Positions 27,640-39,582 of a stretch of DNA of 49,425 nucleotides are shown here, one piece after another. A program made the position numbers and the translations under genes. Source of the stretch: Emiliania huxleyi CCMP1516 (Eukaryota); contig NW_005201192.1 of NCBI RefSeq assembly GCF_000372725.1, forward strand, positions 806,810 through 856,234, given 5' to 3'. Below the pieces are notes generated by a model. That model did no database searches. It worked only from the letters and a program-made list of their open reading frames with translations, and was not told the DNA's origin. Position 1 is the first letter of the stretch. Each line of letters opens with the position of its first letter.

Positions 27640-28406
27640 GTCGGCCGGGGGGCAGGGGCAGGGCGCGGCGTGGATCTGGAGAGTTGGATGAGAGACAACG
27701 AGACGAGTTTGTACGTATGCTGACGTGCGGGGTGGGGGGTGGTGGGGGTGGGGCGTGGGGGTCAGGTGAGAGCAGGTATTCGAAGGGGGAGGGAGCGCCA
27801 TCGCGCGCGCGAGGGGAGGGGGGCTGGTATATTGGGATGTAATGCTGTCGTGAGGTCCGCCGCGACCGGTACATGGACATGGGCACCGCCTGCGCTCGGC
27901 ACCGGGCCGCACCGGCTCGGTACAACGATAAAATGCGCCTGCGCCTCGAGGCCTGCGCGGTGCGCCCTGCGCGGGCGGACCCTCTTAGCTGGTGATAGCT
28001 CACAGCTTATAGCTCACAAATCACAGCGTGTACACACACAAATCACATGCAGCACCAGGGAACTCGGAACGGGTGTGGGTGGGTGGACAGTGGAGCGGGG
28101 AGGGAGGCGGAGGGAGGGGGGGCGCATCGCGACACGGAGAGGGGCTGGGCAGGGTACACCACACGACAGGGTCAAGTGTATGTGTGTAGGCTCGCCCTGG
28201 AGCACTTGGAGCACTTGGAGTGCAGTCAGCAACCGCACATCCAGGGCCGGGTAGCCAATAAATAAACAAAGAAATAGATAGAGACCCAAAACAGGCGGCG
28301 GCGTGGCATACGAGCTCGTACGTAAAGGAGGCGGGCACAAGTTCCCATTAATGAACCGACAGCAAAAAAGAGAAAAACACGCTCCACGCTCTGCTCTCGC
28401 ACGCCA

Positions 28407-28832
28407 ATGGCGCACTTCATCACCGCGCCCACCATCCGGTTTGAGCACGCGGCCCTCAGCGCGCCGATTGAGCTCGAGCACCTTCCGGATGCTGGGCCGG
28501 AGGTCATGGACGCAGACGGCACCTTTGCCCGCCTTTGGCCGACGGCGCTGGTGCTCTCCAACTGGCTGTGCGAGCACCCGGAGGTGGTCGCCGGAAAGCG
28601 CGTCGTGGAACTGGGATCCGGGACGGGTGTCGTCGGGCTCGTCTGCGCCGCGCTCGGGGCAGCCTCGGTGACGCTCACCGACATGCCCGACGCTCTCGAG
28701 CTGATCCGAAGGAATGCGGCGCTCAGCCGGCAAAAGGGCGCGGTGACGGTGGCCCCGTGCACGTGGGGCGACGCGGATCACCTCGCCGACCTGCTGCGCG
28801 GCGGCGGCGGCTTCGACGTCGTCCTCTGCTGC
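28407..28832 (+). CDS. Class I SAM-dependent protein methyltransferase (METTL21/METTL23, Methyltransf_16 family), apparently 3'-truncated
   Basis: LWPTALVLSNWL...GKRVVELGSGTGVVGL...VTLTD...LIRRNA...TWGD...FDVVLCC. Similarity stops just before the expected DxxY motif, and no downstream exon was recognised. Confidence 0.75.
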
Positions 28833-29114
28833 TTGTTGGTTTTCAAAAATCTCTCGCCCTCACGAGTGGGGTCTGGCCACTCTGCTCTCTGGCGGCGGTG
28901 GCCGCGGGCCTTTTGTCGCTTGTTTGTGTCGACTTTGATATGGCATATGCGTGGCGCGTGTAGGCTCCGCTGAGCGCTGTGGTCCGCCGCTGTCCGCGCG
29001 GGCGGTGGAGATGCGAGGGTCGCCCCCCCCTTACCTTCCAGCTTCCTTCCTTACCTTTACCTTACCTTGCGTTTCTAGCCACGGCTACTTTCTCTCTCTT
29101 TGGTGCTTGGAATT

Positions 29115-29215
29115 CATTATCCCAACCCCCGAGGGATGCGGGGAACAAGACCGCATCTGAGAAAAGACCGCGAAGTGTCGCATTATCCCAACCCCCGAGG
29201 GATGAGGGGAACAAG
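29115..29215. repeat. Tandem pair of about 35-bp repeats
   Basis: CATTATCCCAACCCCCGAGGGATG(C/A)GGGGAACAAG at about 29116 and 29181. Confidence 0.85.
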
Positions 29216-29616
29216 GTCGCATGCGAGGGGATCGCAATCTCTCCCATAATAACAACGAGAAAAGACCTGGAAGTGTCGCATGTGCATGTGGTCTGGAACT
29301 TTTGCTTTTGCCTCCGGCGGACATAGGAGGACTAACTGCGATACCGCCATTGACCATGGCGTCAGCGAGCAGGCAGAACTCAAGAGTGAGCGAAGCCAAC
29401 TCCTCAGGTGACACGTCGGTGGGCAGCGCTATGCCGACCCACCCGCTGTGACCGCTGAGCCCGAGGTGCGAGAACGCCCCCGCCCCGTCTACATTGACAG
29501 CGCCAGGCGGAGCCGCGGTAGATGTTGGCATACCATACACCAGTTCCACCCCTCCCTACCCCACCTGCCGAATCCAAGTCGGGGTGGTGTGGCCCCTCCG
29601 CCCTGGCCGCCTCACA

Positions 29617-30180
29617 ATGGCCTCGAGCTCGGCCCCAATCGTTCTTGCATCGGCTACCTCGGTGACGCCGGGCGGCACGGTGATCCCGCCCGGCGTGCGC
29701 GTCACCTGGTCCGAGCGAGCGGACCGGCTCTCGCTGCACGTCGAGATTGCCGAGCCTGAGGAGGTGGCGGTCAGCAGCACGGACGCCGGCGCAGTGGCAA
29801 TCGACGCGGACTCGGACGAGCGGAGGCTGGAGGTCCGATTGCAACTCTTCAGCCAGATTGATGCGAGCAAGACGCGCTGGACAGCCTCTGGCCGCGGAGT
29901 CGCGCTCGAGCTCTCCAAGCTGCGGATAGGACGGTGGAACGTGCTGGTGGCGGGCGTGACGCCAGCGACAATCAAGGTGGACTGGTCACAGTATGTGGAC
30001 GAGGAGGAGGAGCGCGAGGCCAAGCTCTACCCGCACGGCTATGACACGTACAAGATGCGCGGCGCGATGGGAAAGGACTGGGGCTCCAATGTCGCGCACG
30101 AGCTCGCTGCGCAAAAGCAGCTCGCCGCCATCAACACATCCAGGCCGGACGAGGAGGACGAGGAGATCTCGTGCTACTGA
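29617..30180 (+). CDS. p23/Sba1-like CS-domain co-chaperone
   Basis: VTWSERADRLSLHVEI...LQLFSQID...LELSK...WNVL...IKVDWSQYVDEEEE matches the p23 CS domain with its KVDWxxWxDEDE-type tail. Confidence 0.8.
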   Translation: MASSSAPIVLASATSVTPGGTVIPPGVRVTWSERADRLSLHVEIAEPEEVAVSSTDAGAVAIDADSDERRLEVRLQLFSQIDASKTRWTASGRGVALELSKLRIGRWNVLVAGVTPATIKVDWSQYVDEEEEREAKLYPHGYDTYKMRGAMGKDWGSNVAHELAAQKQLAAINTSRPDEEDEEISCY

Positions 30181-30565
30181 TTCCGTCGATTCCGACGAGC
30201 AAGTGCGCCTTGTGTGCTGACTACTCCGACGAGGAGAGGCGAACCGCTTCCCCGGTCGTCTGTCCTCGGGAGAGCCGACGGCCCGGAGCGGGAGGGGCCG
30301 AATACGGCGCGAACACGCACACACATAGAGAGAGAGACTCTACGGCTCTAGAGTGAGTTCAGAGAGAGTGACGTCGCGCACCCGACACGACCCGCCCCCC
30401 TGCCTGTGAGAGCACCGCACAGACCACACACACATATTTCACACATACATATTTGTTCTCAGATCTTCACGCCGGATATTGGCGAAACACAAAACAGTAA
30501 TAGCATTTCCGCGGGGGGCGCCTTGTTTTAGCATAAACAACAATGTGTACAATAAAAGAGGGGCA

Positions 30566-33500
30566 TTAGCCGCTACAAGCCTCACAGTCAGGTCCCCCGG
30601 GCCCCAACCTGCAAACCTCAGGGGCCTCCGGCGACGTCCCCTCGCCGGTCTGCCCCGCGGCCGCGGGAGCGCCAGCGGCGCCCGCTCTCGAGTCGGCGGC
30701 GTTCGCGCGCTGCTGCGACTTGACGGTGAACTTGATGGCGTCGGCCGCGGGCTGTGAGCGGAGGTAGTAGAGGCCGGTCTTGAGGCCGGCGCGCCACGCG
30801 TAAAAGTGCATCGAGGAGAGCTGCGCGAACGTGGGCGCCTTGAGGAAGACGTTGAGCGACTGCGACTGGTCGATAAAGGCGCCGCGCTCCGCCGCCATGT
30901 CGATGAGGGTCTTCTGCTTCATCTCCCACGCGGTGCGAAACACCTCCCGTGTCTCTGGCGGGATCTCGGGGATGCCCTGCACCGACCCGCCCGCCGCGAT
31001 CACGCGGTCGCGGATCTCGCGCGACCAGAGGCCGAGCCGCTGCAGCTCCTGCTGCAGGTGCGGGTTGAGCACGAGGAACTCCCCCGCGAGCGTCCGCCGC
31101 GCGTACAGGTTCGACGTGTACGGCTCGAAGCACTCGTTGTTGCCGAGGATCTGCGCAGTCGACGCGGTCGGCATCGGCGCGAGCAGCAGCGAGTTGCGCA
31201 GGCCGTGGTTGGTGATGTTCGCCTTGAGGCCGCGCCAGTCCCACCGCCCGCTCGGCTCGACGCCCCAGAGGTCGTACTGCAGCAGCCCCATCGACGCGGG
31301 CGAGCCTTTGTACGACTCGTACTCCCCGAGCTCGGCCGCGAGCTCGCACGAGGCCTGTGGGCGTGCGCGTGCGGTGGACGTGTCACTCGGGGGGAGGGGG
31401 GGGGGATCTAGTCCGTGGGACGGCGGCCCAGCGGGCGGTGACGGGGCGGCGGTGGTGGAAGCGGTGGGGTGTCGCCGGCGGCGAGCCTGCAGCGCTCCGA
31501 AGTAGATGGCCTCGAAGATGTCGCGGTTGAGGCGGCGCGCCTCGTCGCTCTCGAATGGGAGGCCGAGCATGGCAAACACGTCGGCGAGGCCCTGCACGCC
31601 GAGCCCCATCGGCCGGTGGCGCATGTTCGAGGCGCTGGCCTGCGGCAGCGGGTATGCGTTGGCGGTGATGACGCGGTCGAGCGAGCGCACGACGAAACCA
31701 GCGACGCGGCGCAACGCGTCGAGGTCGAACCGCTCGCCGCCGGCGGCGATGTCGACGAAGCGCGGCAGCGCCAGCGAGGCGAGGTTGCACACCGCGACCT
31801 CGTCGGCGGAAGTGTACTGCACAATCTCGGTGCACAAGTTCGAGCCGCGGATCGTGCCGAGGTTCTTCTGGTTTGACTTCTTGTTGCACGCGTCCTTGTA
31901 GAGCATGTACGGCGTGCCCGTCTCGACCTGCGACTCGAGGATGGCGAACCAGAGCTGCTGCGCCGGCACCACCCGCACCGCGCGCCCCTCGCGCTCGTAC
32001 GCCTCGTACGCCTGGTCGAACTCATCGCCTAGGAGCCGTCCCGCGCCGTGGCTCAGTCACCTCCCGCGCGGCTCTCTCGCGCGCGCCGCCTCTCTCTCTC
32101 TCTCTCTCGCCGTGGAGGTCGACAAGGCCGGTCGCCTCCGACGGGCAAAAGAGGCTCCAGTTCCCGCCCGCCTCGACGCGCCGCATGAAGAGGTCGGGCA
32201 CCCACAGCGCATAGAACAGGTCGCGCGCCCGCTGCTCCTCCTTGCCGTGGTTGCGCTTCAGCTCCAAAAAGTCAAACACGTCTGCGTGCCACGGCTCGAG
32301 GTACATGGCAAAGGCGCCCCGCCGCTTGCCGCCGCCCTGGTCGACGTACCGAGCCGTGGCATCGAAGACTCGGAGCATCGGCACCAAGCCGCACGCCTGA
32401 GAGCGGCGCCACACTCACAGCTGAGCAGAGGCGGGCGGGCGAGCGGCGGGTGGCGGGCGGCGGCGGCGAGCATCGCGCGCGGGCCGGTGAGCGTGTGTGT
32501 GTGGATCGCGCTCAGTCTCGAACAGTTGAAATCATCGGGGTCAAGCCATCGCCCGAATCGTTAAGGGGAATCCGAATCCGTTCGATGTCATCACGGCGCG
32601 TTGGGGGGAGGGAACGAGGCGGCGGGGAGGAGCAGGGGGGGAGGGAGGGAGGAGGGGGGGTGAAGGGGGGGAGGGGGGGGGGGGGGGGGGAGCCTTTCCG
32701 CCCGTCGAGCGGATGTAGGAGCCGGAGGCGCGCACGTGGGAGATGGAGAGGCCAATGCCGCCCGCGGAGCGCGAGATGAGGGCGCAATCCGAGAGGGTCT
32801 GGAAGATGCCCTCGACCGAGTCGTCGCGCGTGGTGAGGAGGAAGCAGGAGCAGAGCTGCCCCCGAGGGCAGCCCGCGTTGAACAGGGTGGGCGTCGCGTG
32901 CGTGTAGAGACCGCGCGACATATAGTCGTAGGCCGCAAGCACACCCTCCACGTCCTCGCCGTGCACCGCCAAGGCGACGCGCATCAGCATGTGCTGCGGC
33001 CGCTCCTGCGGCGCGTGCGCGAGGGGCGCTGCTGAGCCAGCAGGAAGAAGGGGGGCCGGAGGCAGGAGGAGGCAGCGGCAGGCAGGAGGCAGCGGCAGAG
33101 GGAGTCTGGAGACCAGCGGGGCAAAGGGAGGCGGTGCTCCTGCGGCGTCCCCGCCGGGGTGAGGCCGAGGAGGTAGGAGCGGACGAGCGTGCGGAGGCCA
33201 AAGTAGTCGTACCCAAAGTCGCGCTCGTACCGCATCGCGCCCTCGAGCCGCGGCGCCAGCTTCCTCGCCAGCTCTGCAAACTCTTGCTTCACGAGCGGCG
33301 CGGGAGTGCCCTTGCGCGGGTGGCGATAGTTGGCCAGAGCCTCCATGGTGTCGGCAAAGGAGTCGCTAGTGTGGTTGTGTATCCGCTTGACGGTCACGCG
33401 CGCCGCAAGCTTCGAGTAGTCCGGGTGGTGCGACGTCAGGTACGCCGCCGTCTCGGCAGCGAGCTGGTCAACCTCCGCATCCGTCGCAGTCGCTGTCAGC

Positions 33501-33788
33501 CCGTCAACCACTCGCGCCGCCAAGTCAGCGGCGGCGGCCGCGATGCTCGGATCGAGGCCGGCGGAGAGTCCAGTGTAGCGAGCCGTGAGCTCCTCCTGAA
33601 GCGACCTGCGATCTGGCTCACCGCTATCACCGCCAGCTGCGAGCGCCACCGCCGCGCAGCCGCTGCCGCCACTGAGCCCGCCAATGGCTCCGTCAGCAGT
33701 CCCACCGCGAAGCCGAAGAGCCGGACGGAGCTCGGGCCCTGGCCCGCGCAACAGGGCGCCCGCGGCGGCGAGAACGACACAAGCCATG
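30566..33788 (-). CDS. RRM1: Ribonucleoside-diphosphate reductase large subunit (class Ia), multi-exon, with N-terminal extension
   Basis: [116 protein letters not shown] and C-terminal CEACSG. About four introns. Confidence 0.96.
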
Positions 33789-33979
33789 TATATCTGGAGC
33801 ACGCGGCCGGGGCCGTGCAGAGGCACGAGTGACCGGTATTTTTTATTGGGGACTGAGCATGCTCGATTCCCCATGGTACGGGACCCCATGAACTCCGTGC
33901 ACGTGGCTCTTACGTACATTCCCAGGAGGAGGACTGCTGAGAGGAGTCGAAGGGTTTCTCGGGGTGAGTGCACCACTAT

Positions 33980-34125
33980 AATAAATAAATAAATAAAAAC
34001 GGACACCTCTCTACTGTGAGATGGGTAAAAAGGAACAGGTCCCCGCCCTTGCGATCTTTGTGCAGGGTTCTTTGTGGGTGTGGTCGGCGACTAGCCGGGG
34101 TCGTCCTCCCGGTGGGGGACTAGCA
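33980..34125 (-). repeat. Repeat C, copy 2
   Basis: Direct copy of 17964-18112. Confidence 0.9.
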
Positions 34126-36277
34126 ATGGTGCACTAACCGCCTCTGCAAGATTTTTCAGTGTCGACTTCTACTTGAGAGCACACCCCCCGGCCTCTCCCT
34201 TTTCTCTCAGTGTACGTACTTTTAGCTTACTGGGAGAAAAGGGAGACACTCTCTCTCTCTCTCTCAGTGTATGAGGCTCTTGCGTACCATTCCACATTCC
34301 ACATTCGTCAGATCTTTTCTTTCGAAAAGGTCCACCCTCCGCATGGAGGGATCGCCTTACGGGCAACCTGACCGCCCTACGGGCACCACGCACTCTCACA
34401 CGCCAATACACGCGCGGCCGGCGCCCCTCATGCCCTTCTCCACGCACACGTCCCCGCGCGCACGCAAACACACGCGTAGCGCCCAGAAGCCTGTGTCATG
34501 TGCGCAAGCCCTGTGCTGGCGCCCCATGGCCGTCCCGCGCCGCCCGCACCAGCCACGCGCCCCTCGCACCACCAGAGGCAGCCGCATATCCACTCACGCC
34601 GCGACGCGCGCGCCGCAGCACACCTCACCAGCACTACCTCGCCTTTTTGCGCCCTGTGCAGGCTCTGCACACTGCTCCTGGCATCTCACAAGCGGCTGTA
34701 CCAGGACGCGCCGCGTACGACGCAGATTCCGCACCACGCAAGGCACGCACGCACGCACGCACCCGCACGCGCGCGCACGCGCGCTCATCCGCTCAGTCTG
34801 CTCCACAGCCTGTCAGCCTGCCTGCACACACAGCATACAGCACCATGTGCACGCACTGCGCTCAACGATGCAGCCCGCACCCCGCAACAACAGCCTGCCC
34901 CTCGCCTCATCACGACGTCTCGCGCACACTCCGCCAGCAGCCCAACCAGAGACACTGCAGCGCGCGCCTCTGCACGCCTGCAGTCTCTCTGACCTTCCCA
35001 ATCCTCCCCGCCGCCGCGCCTCCCCTGGCACACACCGCAGCAGTTTGAACATGTGAGAACGACCGAGCCCGCGCCTGCCGCACACAGCCCCGTATTCGAC
35101 TGTTGGTAAGTGCACGCTGTTGCGCCTCTGTGTGTGTGTGCTCGCTTACTGCCAAAAAAGAAAAACATGATGCGGAGACAAACATTCCTGCTGAGTGCTG
35201 TCCAGATACAAAATATATACACCGGAAAGGCCCGACGCCCCCCCCGGGCACAAACCCCACACCGAAACCCCTCTGCCGCACTTTTTACTGTCATCTCACA
35301 TCTGCCAGAACGAAGAAAAAAAACACCGCCGAGAGACAAACACTTGCTGTCGTGAAACCGGTCCCGAGTTCGAATCTTCTGGTCCACGTTCGTTTTGGAT
35401 TTTGCGAAAGAAAACTGACAGGAAAGAATTCTTAAAATTAAAAATAAATACAGGAAAGAAAAAACACCGCGGGGATTCAGAAAATAAAAGAAAAACAGGC
35501 TAACCCCAGTAGGGATAACGCCGAGTGCCAGACCACCAGGGGGCAAGTGTGTGTAGCACCTTCGACCCCGAAATGAAGGTCGCCACGCAAAACCGGGCGC
35601 TAGGAGAGGTGAACTGAAGGCTGAGACAACGGAGGCCGAGCCTGAGTGGGCGCCCGCGCGCCCCCACACAGGCAAGCCTCTGTCCTTCGGCCCACTCCGG
35701 CGATCGTCCGTGGGCGGCCGCGGACAACATGGGGCCTAATCAATTCCCTCAACACCCGACCCCACTCTAGGGACAGCAGCGCGCTTCTCATCCCGGAGAG
35801 GGAAGGAGGGGGGGGGGGGGGGAGATCAGAGAGCCAAAGCAGGGAGTACCCCCGACGGACGCGAGTCGGGGGGAAAGCGAGACGAGAGATTCAAGGCGAA
35901 CTTCATCACCCGTCCAGGAGCCCCGCATTAGGTAGCGACCCCAGGTTCAGAGCTAGGCTTCCCGACAGGGCAGGGAACCCCCAGCGCGCAGGCGGGGCCC
36001 ACGGTAGCCTCGTGCAGTACGCGATACCGAGAGCTGGGGGAGAGGCGCGCCACGCCAAGGGGGACGAGTGACGGGGGGGGGAGAGTAGTGTCTTTCGCAG
36101 GGTAAAAAGCAAATTTTTTTCCTCATTCGTCATTTGACATTCCCGTAGGAGGACTCTGCTGACTGGGTTTGCGATGAGGAGCGACCCGAAGGGTTTCTCC
36201 GAGCTACGACGACGCTGCGGAGGCCTCGCAAAAAGAGAAAATCCACCGCTCCAAGTGCTCCAAGCACACAGACACAC

Positions 36278-37447
36278 TCAGTAAAGGGGGCGGTCGCTGT
36301 AGACTCGGGCGGGCGTCCCGCGTACAGCGGCGGCGGTTGCCTCGGCCGCGACCCGTTCGCGCGCCTCTGGCTCCAAGTCGGCAACGGCGAGGGACACATA
36401 GGCGGGCACAGCTGCGGTCGCGAGCGGAGTCAGCCCGCCGACCGAACCGAGAACCGTCGCTGAGGCGGCGAGCGGCAGCAGCTGCGGCGCCGTCCGCCAT
36501 AGGTGCGGCGCCAGCACGGCACGGATGACTGCCGTGGGCACGAGCAGAGCACACGCCGGGACAAGCACCGCCTGGAGCAGCGCCGCTCGCTCCACCGTCG
36601 CCCGCGCGGCCGCCGTCGAGGAGACGCCTACGGGAGGCTTCCGGGAAGGTTCAGAGAGTGTGCGACGGGAGAGGCCTGCGGCCGCCTCGCAGCCCCGCAT
36701 GAGTGGGTGGGTGGGTGGGGGAGAGGCACCATGGTGGGAGCGGCGCGGCGCGCGCGAGCAGGCGGCGGGCACCCGGAATGGCGACGCCAGACTCGTCCAG
36801 GAGCGGCACGCCCCGCTCGAGCATCGGCCTGCGCACGGGTCCGCTCGGAGCGCCTCTCGGAGCGCCTCTCTGGGGGCGCCTCTCGGAGGCGTCTCTCGGG
36901 AGCGCCAGCTGTTGATCCACGTCGACAGCCCGCCGGCGAAGCAGAGCGCCAGGTGCGGCGCGGCGAGCGTGAGCCGCCTCGGCAACCGAGAGTGAAGCGC
37001 GCCCAGCCCGATGGCGCAAGCGCTCGCCGTCGAGACAGCGTAGGCGGCCGTCATCTGCCTCGGGTCGAGGTCTCGCGACGTGTCAGCGTAGTTGCAGTAG
37101 CGCACCGCCGCCGAATGCGACTGGTAGAACCAGTGCCAAAAGAGGGTGCCGGCCGCGGAGCCAGAGGAGGAGATCCCAATGGCGGCGATGGTCGTCACAG
37201 GCACGAAGGAGCAGATGCGGAAGGCCGACGGCACAGGCTGCTGGAGCACGGGGTGCACCGCCGCCTCAAAGGTGCACCGCGCAGCCTCCACCTCGGAGGC
37301 CTCCGCAAAGGAGGCGGCACGCGGGTCAGAGAGCAGCTTGGTCGCCGCGTGCGCCTTTGCATCCGAAACGAGCATGCCGGACGGGTTCCAGCGGCGCAAG
37401 AGCCGCCGCAGTCGCGCCGGGTAGGGCTCGAAGGGTGACGAGGCCAT
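36278..37447 (-). CDS. Sideroflexin (mitochondrial tricarboxylate/serine carrier family), about 3 exons
   Basis: Y..RLRR...NP..., AAVHP...P..FRICSFVP, LFWHWFYQSHSAAVRYCN, AYAVSTASACAIGLG, LERGVPLLDESG and SSTAAARATV match the sideroflexin pattern. Introns at about 36830-36905 and 36627-36770. Confidence 0.8.
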   Translation of the reverse strand: MASSPFEPYPARLRRLLRRWNPSGMLVSDAKAHAATKLLSDPRAASFAEASEVEAARCTFEAAVHPVLQQPVPSAFRICSFVPVTTIAAIGISSSGSAAGTLFWHWFYQSHSAAVRYCNYADTSRDLDPRQMTAAYAVSTASACAIGLGALHSRLPRRLTLAAPHLALCFAGGLSTWINSWRSRETPPRGAPREALREALRADPCAGRCSSGACRSWTSLASPFRVPAACSRAPRRSHHGASPPPTHPLMRGCEAAAGLSRRTLSEPSRKPPVGVSSTAAARATVERAALLQAVLVPACALLVPTAVIRAVLAPHLWRTAPQLLPLAASATVLGSVGGLTPLATAAVPAYVSLAVADLEPEARERVAAEATAAAVRGTPARVYSDRPLY

Positions 37448-38127
37448 AGGGCTGGCTTGTGCTCCGACGCTCGGCTGTGACACTTCCGACGACTTGCTTC
37501 TTGTTGTGCTGTGAGAGAGGCTTGGCGGGAAGAATTCTTTTTTTTAGTCCGCGCCAGTCCGCGCCCTTGTCGTGCCAGTGTGCTGTGAGAGAGGCTTGTA
37601 TTTAAGAATTCTTTTTTGAGCTTAGCCTTCGATGTTATGAAACAAACGCAAGGCGGACATGGCATATCGCTCTCGGGCCCACAGACATCCCGCACACCCG
37701 CCGCACACCCGCCGCCCCCGCGCGCGCCCCGGCCGTGAGAGAGGGGAGTGACAGCTTGGGACGGCGACAGACGAGATACCTCGCACTCACTCCATGTATG
37801 TGCGCGAACGCAGGGTAAATGTAAGCCGGATGGCTCACAGGGCACCTCTTGCGCCCCGAGCTGACCATCTACCGCACTGAACACTTCCGCCCCCTCGCTC
37901 CCAACCCACCCACCTCGCCTCTTTTTTTGATTTGAACAAAACGCCCCACAACTTGTGCTCTTGTTTGTGCCCTTGGCACCGTGTGTGCTGGGGGGGGCGA
38001 CAGGGAGGACGTGGCCCTGAGTTATGTGTACGCCAACTCAGGGTGTGTGGCAGCCAGCGGATGTTAGTCATTACAAGAAACAGGCTCGTGCAAGTGCCTG
38101 CCAAGCGGCCGTGGGCTCTCAGGTAGG

Positions 38128-38250
38128 CTCTGGGGTGCTCTGGGGTGCTCTGGGGCCACTCGGGACCGCTCGGGACCGCTCGGGACCGCTCGGGACCGCT
38201 CGGGTTGCGACTCGGGACGGCTCGGGACCGCTCGGGACCGCTGGGCTCGG
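38128..38250. repeat. Minisatellite (CTCGGGACCG)n with (GCTCTGGGGT)n
   Basis: About 8 copies of a 10-bp unit. Confidence 0.9.
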
Positions 38251-38997
38251 ACACTTCCGAACATTGCTACTCCGTTGTGACTGTGCATGCATCCAGGAGT
38301 GCCAGAGACCCTTAGACACCATTGGCTTGGGAGGCGCCCACATCTTTTAATGATTAACATCCTGTGTCTTGTGAGCCTGTTTCCTGTTTGTTTGTGTCTG
38401 TGTGTCGCTCGTGCGGTCGTGCGTGTGTCGTCATCATCTGTCTAGCGTCCACCCATACCGCGTTGGTGTCCAGTCCGAGCCTGGCTGCTCTTGACCTTCC
38501 TACCTAACCTAACCTAACTGACAGTCGAGAAACAGCAACGACAGTAAACTCAGCACACTGGGTCCCTCCCAGGAAGGCGAATGCGATGACGTATGGTTCT
38601 TGCACTTGTGCAAGATTGGGCGTCTTCTGCCGCAGTCCCTTTGATGGGAGGCCCCAGGGAGCAGGGTGGGGGCCACCTCGAACCCCTAGCCAGGGCCCAG
38701 GGTTTCGAGCGGAGGGTGCCCCCGGATTCATCTATCCGTTGGGCCCCGGTACCTTCTCTAGAACTGATCACATTGCGCAGCAACCGTCGGCCGCCGCTTT
38801 TTAGCTGGACGGCAGTGCGCTGCGCCGTGTCGCTCTGTCGTGCACGCTCTCGTGCTTCGTTGTGACGCGGGTCCATGTACTGCGTTTATCAGAAGACGGC
38901 CTCTAACTTTTATGGTTCTAACGAACATACCCGACTGTCTTCTTGCTTGTGTCCAGTCGTCCCAGTCTCTCAGTTCTCCGATTCTCCTCTCCTTGCC

Positions 38998-39133
38998 TCG
39001 CAAACGGCATCTTCCGTATCAGCAGCTCGGTGCTACTCTGGTACTTGCGAATCTCGCGAAGTGCCGCTTGCCCCGGGCGGAAGCGGTGCGGCTTACGCAC
39101 GGGCGCCGACACTGCCGGTTTACGACGCGGCAT
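38998..39133 (-). pseudogene. Histone H3/CenH3-like fragment
   Basis: [46 protein letters not shown]. The rest of the histone fold was not found downstream. Confidence 0.7.
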
Positions 39134-39544
39134 ACACACACAGGCAGTGCTCCTGTTTCGAGAAAGAAATCCAGGCTGTCCGAGGAAATCCACCGCGGTG
39201 GCGCTCTCGCGCTTCCGGCCGCATACTCTCGTCTTGATTTGCCAACCATATACCTGTACTCGTCCCGGCCAAGGACTTGCAACACGAGTGCGCCGGGGGG
39301 AAAAGAATTCAATCAATCGCCCTGCGAACTCACCGCATGTTTGTTGGCTGTCGCACTCCCCTGTATGCTCCTCGCATCGCAATTCGTCGACGCTGAACCC
39401 GCACTGCTCGCGACGGCTCCCACCGCAAGCGCTCGGCGGCTCGCTGCACCGTCGGCTGCAGAGAGTGCACCAGAGGGCGAGACCAAGGTGAGGCTCCGCA
39501 GAAGGCTAAGGAGGTCAACATGGGGAAACTCAAAGGCGGCAAGG

Positions 39545-39582
<38 letters not shown>

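Noticed and set aside
30566..33788. Viral (giant virus) origin of the RNR gene
   Set aside because: It has host-style introns and codon usage, and no viral core genes are in the window.
34270..35060. Overlapping ORFs in CA-rich sequence
   Set aside because: Low-complexity GCAC/CAC-rich DNA with no protein motifs.
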